The position numbers were made by a program, and so were the translations under genes. The notes under the pieces were generated by a model. The model was not told where the DNA came from and searched no databases. It saw nothing but the letters and a program-made list of their open reading frames with translations. A stretch of DNA of 64,000 nt from Eledone cirrhosa (Eukaryota): assembly GCA_964016885.1 (NCBI GenBank), contig CAXHJY010001394.1, positions 124,001 through 188,000 of the forward strand, in the 5' to 3' direction. Shown here piece by piece: positions 53,237-64,000 of the stretch. Numbering within the stretch: the first letter of the stretch is position 1; the number at the start of each line of letters is the position of its first letter.

Positions 53237-56200
53237 GGCCCTGTGCGTCGATCGTGGGCCGGCCGGATGTTGACGGATCGATGTGTAATTAGAAGTACAT
53301 GTGCGGACACTCATTGGCTGTGCGTGGTATGCATTTCAGCAAGATATCTCCGTAACATCAAGAGTTATGGCTGTGGAGGCACACCTAGTCAAACGTAAAC
53401 AAGCTCTGGAGCGTATACGCTTCGCGATTTTGTTTACGTTTGACTAGGTGTGCCTCCACAGCCACAACTCTTGATGTTACGGAGATATCTTGCTGAAATG
53501 CATACCACGCACAGCCAATGAGTGTCCGCACATGTACTTCTAATTACACATCGATCCGTCAACATCCGGCCGGCCCACGATCGACGCACAGGGCCGGATG
53601 GCCCGTTTGCAGTGAATTTTCACCGGAATCGATCTGTAATTACTGGTACATGTGCGGACACACATTTGCTGTGTGTGGTGTGATTTTCACGAAAAACTGC
53701 CCATGCTAAATGAGGAAGCTGAAGTCCGCCGGCGAATGGTGTGCTTCGAAGAAAACTAATTCGAAAATGACCGTTTGCAGGCGGAGTAACCTTTTCGATC
53801 GTGGGCCAGCCGCCCGTGGTGGGATACATCTGTAATTACTGGTACATGTGCGGACACACATTTGCTGTGTGTGGTGTGATTTTCGAGAAAGACTGCCCAT
53901 GCTAAATGAGGAAGCTGAAGTCCGCCGGCGAATGGTGTGCTTCGAAGAAAACTAATTCGAAAATGACTATTTGCCGGCGGAATCACCTTTTCGGTCCTGG
54001 TCCGGCCGGATCTTGCCGGATCGATCGGAAATTTGTGGACCATGTTCGGAAGGCCATTGTGCATGTGTGGTGAAAAAAATTTGTGTCGAAATCTTCTCGG
54101 AAAATAACGGATCGCCGGCGGAGATTGCCATTTCGATCGTGGGCCGGCCGGATCTTGTCGGATCGATTCGGACATATGTGCATCGTGTTCGCAAGGCCCT
54201 TGTCTATGTGTGGTGTGATTTTCATAAAGAAATTCCGAAAAACCCAGTTTTAAATCTGATTTCGCCAAAGAATTTTGGCTATCAGATCGGGTTGAAAGGT
54301 ATGGTTTCAGGTCGATCTGAAAGTCTAAAATGGAATTCACTCGGTTAGCTAACTTTTGATATATCGGAGATATCTTTCTGAAAATCACACCACACACTCC
54401 CAATGAGTGTCTGCACATGTACCAGTAATTACAGATGGATCCCACCACGGGCGGCCGGCCCACGATCGAAAAGGTTACTCCGAAGCACACCATTCGCCGG
54501 CGGAATTCATTTAGCATGGGCAGTTTTTCTCGAAAATCACACCACACACAGCCAATGAGTGTCCGCACATGTACCAGTAATTACAGATGGATCCCACCAC
54601 GGGCGGCTGGCCCACGATCGAAAAGGTTACTCCGCCTGCAAACGGTCATTTTCGAATTAGTTTTCTTCGAAGCACACCATTCGCCGGCGGACTTCAGCTT
54701 CCTCATTTAGCATGGGCAGTTTTTCTCGAAAATCACACCACACACAGCAAATGTGTGTCCGCACATGTACCAGTAATTACAGATCGATTCCGGTGAAAAT
54801 TCACTGAAAACGGGCCATTCTGCCCTGTGCGTCGATCGTGGGCCGGCCGGATGTTGACGGATCGATGTGTAATTAGAAGTACATGTGCGGACACTCATTG
54901 GCTGTGCGTGGTATGCATTTCAGCAAGATATCTCCGTAACATCAAGAGTTATGGCTGTGGAGGCACACCTAGTCAAACGTAAACAAGCTCTGGAGCGTAT
55001 ACGCTTCGCGATTTTGTTTACGTTTGACTAGGTGTGCCTCCACAGCCACAACTCTTGATGTTACGGAGATATCTTGCTGAAATGCATACCACGCACAGCC
55101 AATGAGTGTCCGCACATGTACTTCTAATTACACATCGATCCGTCAACATCCGGCCGGCCCACGATCGACGCACAGGGCCGGATGGCCCGTTTTCAGTGAA
55201 TTTTCACCGGAATCGATCTGTAATTACTGGTACATGTGCGGACACACATTTGCTGTGTGTGGTGTGATTTTCACGAAAAACTGCCCATGCTAAATGAGGA
55301 AGCTGAAGTCCGCCGGCGAATGGTGTGCTTCGAAGAAAACTAATTCGAAAATGACCGTTTGCAGGCGGAGTAACCTTTTCGATCGTGGGCCAGCCGCCCG
55401 TGGTGGGATACATCTGTAATTACTGGTACATGTGCGGACACACATTTGCTGTGTGTGGTGTGATTTTCGAGAAAGACTGCCCATGCTAAATGAGGAAGCT
55501 GAAGTCCGCCGGCGAATGGTGTGCTTCGAAGAAAACTAATTCGAAAATGACTATTTGCCGGCGGAATCACCTTTTCGGTCCTGGTCCGGCCGGATCTTGC
55601 CGGATCGATCGGAAATTTGTGGACCATGTTCGGAAGGCCATTGTGCATGTGTGGTGAAAAAAATTTGTGTCGAAATCTTCTCGGAAAATAACGGATCGCC
55701 GGCGGAGATTGCCATTTCGATCGTGGGCCGGCCGGATCTTGTCGGATCGATTCGGACATATGTGCATCGTGTTCGCAAGGCCCTTGTCTATGTGTGGTGT
55801 GATTTTCATAAAGAAATTCCGAAAAACCCAGTTTTAAATCTGATTTCGCCAAAGAATTTTGGCTATCAGATCGGGTTGAAAGGTATGGTTTCAGGTCGAT
55901 CTGAAAGTCTAAAATGGAATTCACTCGGTTAGCTAACTTTTGATATATCGGAGATATCTTTCTGAAAATCACACCACACACTCCCAATGAGTGTCTGCAC
56001 ATGTACCAGTAATTACAGATGGATCCCACCACGGGCAGCCGGCCCACGATCGAAAAGGTTACTCCGAAGCACACCATTCGCCGGCGGAATTCATTTAGCA
56101 TGGGCAGTTTTTCTCGAAAATCACACCACACACAGCCAATGAGTGTCCGCACATGTACCAGTAATTACAGATGGATCCCACCACGGGCGGCTGGCCCACG

Positions 56201-57924
56201 ATCGAAAAGGTTACTCCGCCTGCAAACGGTCATTTTCGAATTAGTTTTCTTCGAAGCACACCATTCGCCGGCGGACTTCAGCTTCCTCATTTAGCATGGG
56301 CAGTTTTTCTCGAAAATCACACCACACACAGCAAATGTGTGTCCGCACATGTACCAGTAATTACAGATCGATTCCGGTGAAAATTCACTGAAAACGGGCC
56401 ATTCTGCCCTGTGCGTCGATCGTGGGCCGGCCGGATGTTGACGGATCGATGTGTAATTAGAAGTACATGTGCGGACACTCATTGGCTGTGCGTGGTATGC
56501 ATTTCAGCAAGATATCTCCGTAACATCAAGAGTTATGGCTGTGGAGGCACACCTAGTCAAACGTAAACAAGCTCTGGAGCGTATACGCTTCGCGATTTTG
56601 TTTACGTTTGACTAGGTGTGCCTCCACAGCCACAACTCTTGATGTTACGGAGATATCTTGCTGAAATGCATACCACGCACAGCCAATGAGTGTCCGCACA
56701 TGTACTTCTAATTACACATCGATCCGTCAACATCCGGCCGGCCCACGATCGACGCACAGGGCCGGATGGCCCGTTTTCAGTGAATTTTCACCGGAATCGA
56801 TCTGTAATTACTGGTACATGTGCGGACACACATTTGCTGTGTGTGGTGTGATTTTCACGAAAAACTGCCCATGCTAAATGAGGAAGCTGAAGTCCGCCGG
56901 CGAATGGTGTGCTTCGAAGAAAACTAATTCGAAAATGACCGTTTGCAGGCGGAGTAACCTTTTCGATCGTGGGCCAGCCGCCCGTGGTGGGATACATCTG
57001 TAATTACTGGTACATGTGCGGACACACATTTGCTGTGTGTGGTGTGATTTTCGAGAAAGACTGCCCATGCTAAATGAGGAAGCTGAAGTCCGCCGGCGAA
57101 TGGTGTGCTTCGAAGAAAACTAATTCGAAAATGACTATTTGCCGGCGGAATCACCTTTTCGGTCCTGGTCCGGCCGGATCTTGCCGGATCGATCGGAAAT
57201 TTGTGGACCATGTTCGGAAGGCCATTGTGCATGTGTGGTGAAAAAAATTTGTGTCGAAATCTTCTCGGAAAATAACGGATCGCCGGCGGAGATTGCCATT
57301 TCGATCGTGGGCCGGCCGGATCTTGTCGGATCGATTCGGACATATGTGCATCGTGTTCGCAAGGCCCTTGTCTATGTGTGGTGTGATTTTCATAAAGAAA
57401 TTCCGAAAAACCCAGTTTTAAATCTGATTTCGCCAAAGAATTTTGGCTATCAGATCGGGTTGAAAGGTATGGTTTCAGGTCGATCTGAAAGTCTAAAATG
57501 GAATTCACTCGGTTAGCTAACTATTGATATATCGGAGATATCTTTCTGAAAATCACACCACACACTCCCAATGAGTGTCTGCACATGTCCCAGTAATTAC
57601 AGATGGATCCCACCACGGGCGGCCGGCCCACGATCGAAAAGGTTACTCCGAAGCACACCATTCGCCGGCGGAATTCATTTAGCATGGGCAGTTTTTCTCG
57701 AAAATCACACCACACACAGCCAATCAGTGTCCGCACATGTACCAGTAATTACAGATGGATCCCACTACGGGCGGCTGGCCCACGATCGAAAAGGTTACTC
57801 CGCCTGCAAACGGTCATTTTCGAATTCGTTTTCTTCGAAGCACACCATTCGCCGGCGGACTTCAGCTGCCTCATTTAGCATGGGCAGCTTTTCTCGAAAA
57901 TCACACCACACACAGCCAATGAGT
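53237..57924. repeat. Palindromic 1584-bp satellite block, unit 5 (about 3 copies)
   Basis: ORF starts 53518, 55102, 56686. Confidence 0.97.
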
Positions 57925-57999
57925 TTAAAATACTCACCGTTTGATTTGGAAAAACTTAAAATGCTCACATATATATGTGTATGTATTTATCTATGCATG

Positions 58000-58045
<46 letters not shown>

Positions 58046-60002
58046 TGTATTTATCTATGTATTTATCTATATGCATGGATATATATATATATATATATAT
58101 TTATCTATGTATTTATCTATATGCATGGATATATATATATATATATATATATATGTATTTATCTATGCATGTATGAATATATAAAATATATATATATATA
58201 TATGTGTGTATGTATTTATCTATGCATGTATGAATATATAAAATATATATATATATATATATGTATGTATTTATCTATGCATGTATATATATATAAATAT
58301 ATACATAAATATATATATATATATATGTATTTATCTATGCATGTGTGCATACATATATATATATATATATGTATTTATCTATACATGTATGTATATATAT
58401 ATATATACATATATAAGTATTTATCTATACATGTATGTATATATATATATACATATATATGTATTTATCTATACATGTATGTATATATATATATATATAT
58501 ATATGTATATAAGTATTTATCTATACATGTATGTATATATAAAATATTGTCATGTTTACAAAAATATTTTTCTAATATCGTGTTTAATATTTTATATTGT
58601 CGTCTGCTTCTCTTCTCACGTGGTTACTAACTCTCTCACCCTCTCTCTCTTTCCCCTCTCATACAACCCCTTCTTTCTCTTTCTTTCCCCTCTCACACAA
58701 CCTCTTCTTTCTCTCTCTTTTTGCCAGTCCCTTCTCTCACTCTCTCTCCCTCTTCCTTTTTTATCTCTTTCTTTCTGTCTCTGTTTCCCTCCTATAGACA
58801 TTCTCTCTCTCTCTTTCTGCTCTCACTCAGCCTTCTCTCTCTTTCCCCTCTCACACAGTCTTCTCTCTCTCTCTTTCCCCTCTCACACAGCATTCTCTCT
58901 CTCTCTCTCTCTCTTTCCCCTCTCACACAGCATTCTCTCTCTCTCTCTCTCTTTATTTCCCCTCTCACACAGCCTTCTCTCTCTATCTATCTATCTCTCT
59001 CTCTGGAGATTTTTTAACACAAAGTCACACAAGGATTAGAAAAATGGCGATAATCACTTTGAAAGTAACAATTATGCAATAAATAGTTGTTATTGCCACG
59101 TCTCGTATCCTCCTTTGGCAATGTGTAAAATGTTAGCGAGATCGAGTGAACAATACACAAGTTATAATACTTTACAGACGGGACTTATACAGTAGATGTA
59201 GCAAAATGCGTAGATTACGATTCTTGAGACGAGATTAAAATATACGATTATGGGATACTTTAAGAAGACGAGTAGATGTTTGAGTAGATTTAGCTGCTTT
59301 TTCTAGCATTTTTAGTTATACTTTGAAGCAAATTTTTTTTGTTACTATTATATTAAAAGTTATCTGGTTACGTTATTTGACTGGTATTTCTAGCATTTTA
59401 CAAGGACCACGTGTGTGTTTTATTTGAGGAAGATCTAGTTGTTATTTCTGATATTTTCTTCATCAAGTTAGTTGCTATTTCCTGCATCCTCTTGAAGACA
59501 AGGAATAATAATGAATTAGCTGCTGTTTCTAGTAGGTTCTATGGTAGTGGTGAGCGTGGGAGGGAGGTTTGACTGCTATTTTTAGCAGGTTCTAAGGCAT
59601 TGAGGTTTATGTTTTACGAGAGATTTGGCTGTTATTTCTAACATGTTATAATGGAGAGAGAGAGAGAGAGTATAAGATATACAGAGAGAGGGAGTATAAG
59701 ATATAGAGAGAGGGGAAACGGCCGATGTTTACGTTGAGAAAACCTAATAAAATGTTATAAATGGGTTTATAAAGAATAGAATGAGATAAACAAGACAAAG
59801 TTAGATAAAATAAATCAGCTGTAAGGATATTATACGATATATTTATAATATTTTAATATATTTTTCCTGGTCGTCTGCTGCCATTGATAGAGAGAGGAGT
59901 GGTGGGAGGTAGCCATAACAACCGTGGTAGCAGCACTGAGGTTTGTTTTTAAAGAAGTGAATACAAGAAAAACAAGCAACTAAGAATATTAATCTCTTAA
60001 AC

Positions 60003-60828
60003 CCTTCAAGATGTGTATGACAAGAAAGAAGACGTTTTAGAGTCGTATGACATAGATGATAACTGGAAATTCTTACGTGACAACTTACTGCAGGCTACTG
60101 AAGAAACTTGTGGCTGGAGCAGAGCTCCGACCAGACAGAGAGTGACCTGGTGGTGGGACAACACGGTAGATAAGGCCATTAGAGACAAAAGACTAGCATG
60201 GAACACTTGAAAAAATGGTGGGAGTAGAGACCGATACACAGCTGCTAAGAGAGAAGCTAGACGTCAGATGTACTTAGCACGCACGGAGGCTGAGAGTAGG
60301 AGGTTTGCCAATGTTCTGTGATGGGAAGATCAGAGGCGTGCGGTGTTCCACATTGCAAGGCATGGTGTCAGTGTAAATCAGGATGTTGTTGGAGATAAGT
60401 GTATCCGGAATGATGCCAGTGTACTTGGTGTCACGAATGATCAAAAAAAGGAGGCCTGGAAATATCATTATGAGAGGCTGATGAATTGTGGAGAATGAAT
60501 GGGAGAGAGGGAAACTATCCCCAGTAGACCCAACAGAGGGACCAGCTATTGAGATTGGGGAATATAGGGTACAAGAGGCAATTAAGGAAATGAAGAATGG
60601 CAAGGCTACTGGACTCTAGGGGATAGTTGCTCAGATGCTGAAGGCATCAGAAGTAGGCACTAAACTGGTTACACACATCATCAATCAAGCTATATATGGT
60701 AGTGTCATACCCAAAGAATGGTGCAGCAGTATTCTCATAAATTGGTACAAAGGTAAAGGGGATGCTCTGGAGAGGAGCAATTATATGGGCACTTCAATAT
60801 TTAATGATACAGGTGATAAAACAACAAC
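60003..60828 (+). mobile_element. Copy of RTE linker/RT N-terminal fragment
   Basis: Identical ORFs at 60013 and 60635. Confidence 0.9.
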
Positions 60829-60977
60829 TATAAGGTAAATAAGTCACCTTATGTTATTTACAAACATTAACGTCCACCTTAATATGAAATAATCACCATA
60901 AAAGAGGAAGCGAGGGCATCGGCTACCGGCACCCGGGCTGCTCTCTCATCCTGAGTGGGATCTTCCAGCGTTGATGC

Positions 60978-61646
60978 ATCACCACGTTGATGTAAAACTT
61001 GGTTTTTCACTTTGGGATAATACACGTATTTGCAACTTATTTATGTTTATTTACGTTGAGCGTAATCGATTTGTTTCCATATCTCCACGCGTTTTATTTC
61101 ATAGTCATAGTTATAAAATTAGAAAACTTTCTTTAAAAAAAACAAATTAACGCGGGTAACTACAAGATAACCTTGTTTTGTAATACTGGCAGACATTGAA
61201 GATTCTTTATGGATGGTTGATACTCAGCTGCCAGGAACACAGGATGTGGCAGAGGGTATAAGATTTGCCTGCTATTTCTAGCAACTTCAATGACCACATA
61301 ATTGGTTTGTAATTTTGTTTTAAAGTGTAAGGGTTTACACAGCCATTTATGAATTTCTAAGAGATACGTTTACGATGAGATACACTTATTAAAAATACTT
61401 TCATTGCATAGTTCCGTTTGTAAAGGCTTTAATTTACTGTACTACTCGGGAACCTTTTAATAACACACAGGATTAAGTCCATGTTTGTTCAACCAATTAA
61501 TGGTATCTGCTGTAGTAGGGGTAACGATGGAAATATGGCGATGATTAACTCCACCCTGGGGTATAATGTAGAATTCATATTTTTCAACTTGCCCATACGT
61601 GTATTATCCCAAAGTGAAAAACCAAGTTTTACATCAACGTGGTGAT
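60978..61646. mobile_element. Copy of 52-bp TIR element
   Basis: Same sequence as 8990-9658. Confidence 0.7.
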
Positions 61647-61898
61647 TTCAAAGTTTATTTATTTACACATGGTGGTGGGGGGGGATACGGAAATAAACGA
61701 AGGTTGACGAATGACGTCACATTCTTCTACTTTCACTTCTGACAGCCAATTCCGTTGTAGTGCCATATATAAACATGATGGTCACGGCTGGAACAACTTT
61801 AATTATAGGTCTGCTCAATCATACTAACATGGGATTTAAATTGAGCAAAGTTGGAGTTGTCTCCCTTGGTACTTTACTACGCTACGTTTGTTTATATA

Positions 61899-64000
61899 TA
61901 TCATCATCATCATCTTCAACATTATCATTTAACGTTCATTGTTATCACACCTGCATGGGTTATACAGGTTGTCACGTTATGAGACATGTCAGGTGTGGAG
62001 ACCAGGTCTCATATGGATGTGTATTTTGGTTTGGTTTCTAAGGCTGGATGCCCTTCTTAACACGAAACACGTTACAATGTGGACTGCACACTTTTGTATG
62101 ACCACCTTACAGGATGAACTGGGTGTTTTTATTGTTGTAGCATCAACGAGGTGTGTGGGATATTTAGCAGGTGAGGGCAGGGCCTTATGAATAGGAAGGG
62201 GTGATGAGAAGATTGGTGAAGACTAGTGTGTTCTCTACATGTTTGTTTTATTTCATTTTCAGCACATGGGAGGGGGGGGGGGTCTTCTACATTACAGCAT
62301 GACGCCAGAGATCTCGATCCTGTGACATTTCCATTGAGAGGTTTAATTGGGCAAGGCGAGCTTTTATTATTTCATCCCAAGCTTTCCTAGGTCTTCCCCT
62401 TTCATAGTTAACATCGACTTTGACAACCCTGCACCTTGTTATACAGCTGTCACCTTCCATATACATCACATGTCCAAACCACCACAATCTCCTCTCCTCT
62501 ACACTGCATCTGACCTCTCTTATACCTAGTTTCTCTCTCAGTTTATTAATGCTTGTTGTTCATGCACACTATTACACATCTATCAGATCCTGTAAACTTC
62601 ATTTCTTTCCAGTCTTTATAGGTCCTCTGAATATATTGCCCTGGTCTCACTTCAATGTAACATTGCTGTTTGTACACAGACTTCATACAATCTGCCTTTC
62701 ACTTTCAGGGGAAATCATTTTGTAGGCATCAGTAGTAGTAGCTCCCTAAACTGTTTCCATCCCATTCTCACTCAGGCTACTGTACCTTCAGAACACCCAC
62801 CTCCACTGTTAATTTGGTTAATTAAGTTAACAGAAATTATGAACCGGTTTCTACAGAGCCTTCTGGACATTTAACCCTTTAGCATTTAAACCAGCCATAC
62901 CTAGCCAGAATACTCTCACATCTTTCTGTTCAAACCAGCCATAACTGGCCACTCATACTGACGTTAAGGTATTGTTCTCAATATAAATAATATCAAAATC
63001 TCATAGATTCGATATTATATGAGATAATTATGTAAGATAAAGCCTTTACCACAAAAATACAATAGTATATATAGAGTAATAAAAATGCTAAAGGGTAAAA
63101 GTAGCTTATTATTTTGTGAGCTCTTGCTACTTATTGCTCTTGTGCATCAAGAACATACACAGCTTACATTTTGTTGCTAATCTCACTGAGATCCAACTAC
63201 ATCTCTTGTTTATCCATAGTTTGGAATTTCTACCTACTCCTTTCCTTTAGAATGATCAAGGCCATTTTCTTGTGGGGATCTAGGCCCTGTTTTCCTTTCT
63301 ATTTTGCCAAGTTATCTTACATCACTTTCATTCTAGACCATGCTTCCAGGTTTGGAATTTCTCCTCTAATTTTACCACAGATTAAGTGACAAGGGTTCAA
63401 TCATGTGCATACAGGAGTTCCCATGGACAGCCAGTAATATGTAATAGCCTGCAGGATGATAATAAACAGAAGAGGGTTAATTACAGAGCCCTGATAGAGG
63501 GTTAATAACAGAGCCCTGATAGACTTGTTCACTCAACTCCTCACTATAGCCATCATTACTTTTAACCTTACTGACTGCTCCTCCATACATGGCTTTTACT
63601 GCTCTCACAAGCCACTCATATACCCCTAGTTTTCTAAGTTATACACCAGATTATGGAAGGGGGAAGTCTCACAGAAGCTCTCTCTGGGTCAACAAATGCC
63701 AAGTAGAGGGGCTTATTTTAGCTAGGTACTACTCTTGCAGTTGCCACACAAGGAAGAGGACATCAGTGGTACTTTTACCTGGCACAAATCCAAACTTCAT
63801 CTCATCTAGGTTAACTTGGTCCCTAATCAGCTGTGTTATAAATCTAACACCTTCATGAAGTGGTCCATCTAATATTTCTATAGTTTTCTAGCTCTAGTAC
63901 ATCTCCTTTGCCCTTGTAGCAGTTGATGATGATGATACTACACCATTTATTTGGTATGACACCATTTTGTATTACATGCTGTACGATACCAGTGGTTAAG
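61899..64000 (-). mobile_element. Copy of decayed minus-strand RTE LINE, cut by the window end
   Basis: Same ORF at 62287 and same flanking sequence. Confidence 0.9.

Larger units (their letters stand above)
1..64000. repeat. Tandem macrosatellite, 5 full units plus a partial sixth, unit 11.4-14.6 kb
   Basis: The same ORF recurs at 186, 11601, 26182, 39179, 50592, 63589. Periods are 11415, 14581, 12997, 11413, 12997, i.e. 11413 + n x 1584, with unit 1 carrying two extra homopolymer bases. Only a handful of SNPs are visible between units. Confidence 0.99.

Overview
Eukaryotic, non-coding, repeat-only DNA with no credible intact gene. The repeat families resemble those I recall from octopod cephalopods; that assignment is inference, not verified. 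The whole window is a head-to-tail macrosatellite of 5 complete units plus a partial sixth (window-phased starts 1, 11416, 25997, 38994, 50407, 63404; lengths 11415, 14581, 12997, 11413, 12997). Units are nearly identical, and their lengths differ by exact multiples of 1584 bp. Each unit carries a variable-number block (2, 4, 3, 2, 3 copies) of a CpG-rich 1584-bp satellite. That satellite is built from ~196-bp submonomers in both orientations and forms ~1-kb near-perfect palindromes with a fixed 27-nt apex (14 apexes in the window). The constant ~8.3 kb of each unit is a mosaic: a decayed minus-strand RTE-type LINE holding a mariner-like and a piggyBac-like MITE, two decayed plus-strand RTE fragments, a Helitron-type 3' end, an element with perfect 52-bp inverted repeats, compound (TA)n and (CT)n minisatellites, a cluster of a degenerate 23-bp motif, and a CRE-CCAAT-TATA arrangement pointing antisense into the LINE. 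The most interesting feature is the three-level architecture (submonomer, palindromic 1584-bp VNTR, 11-15 kb macrosatellite).
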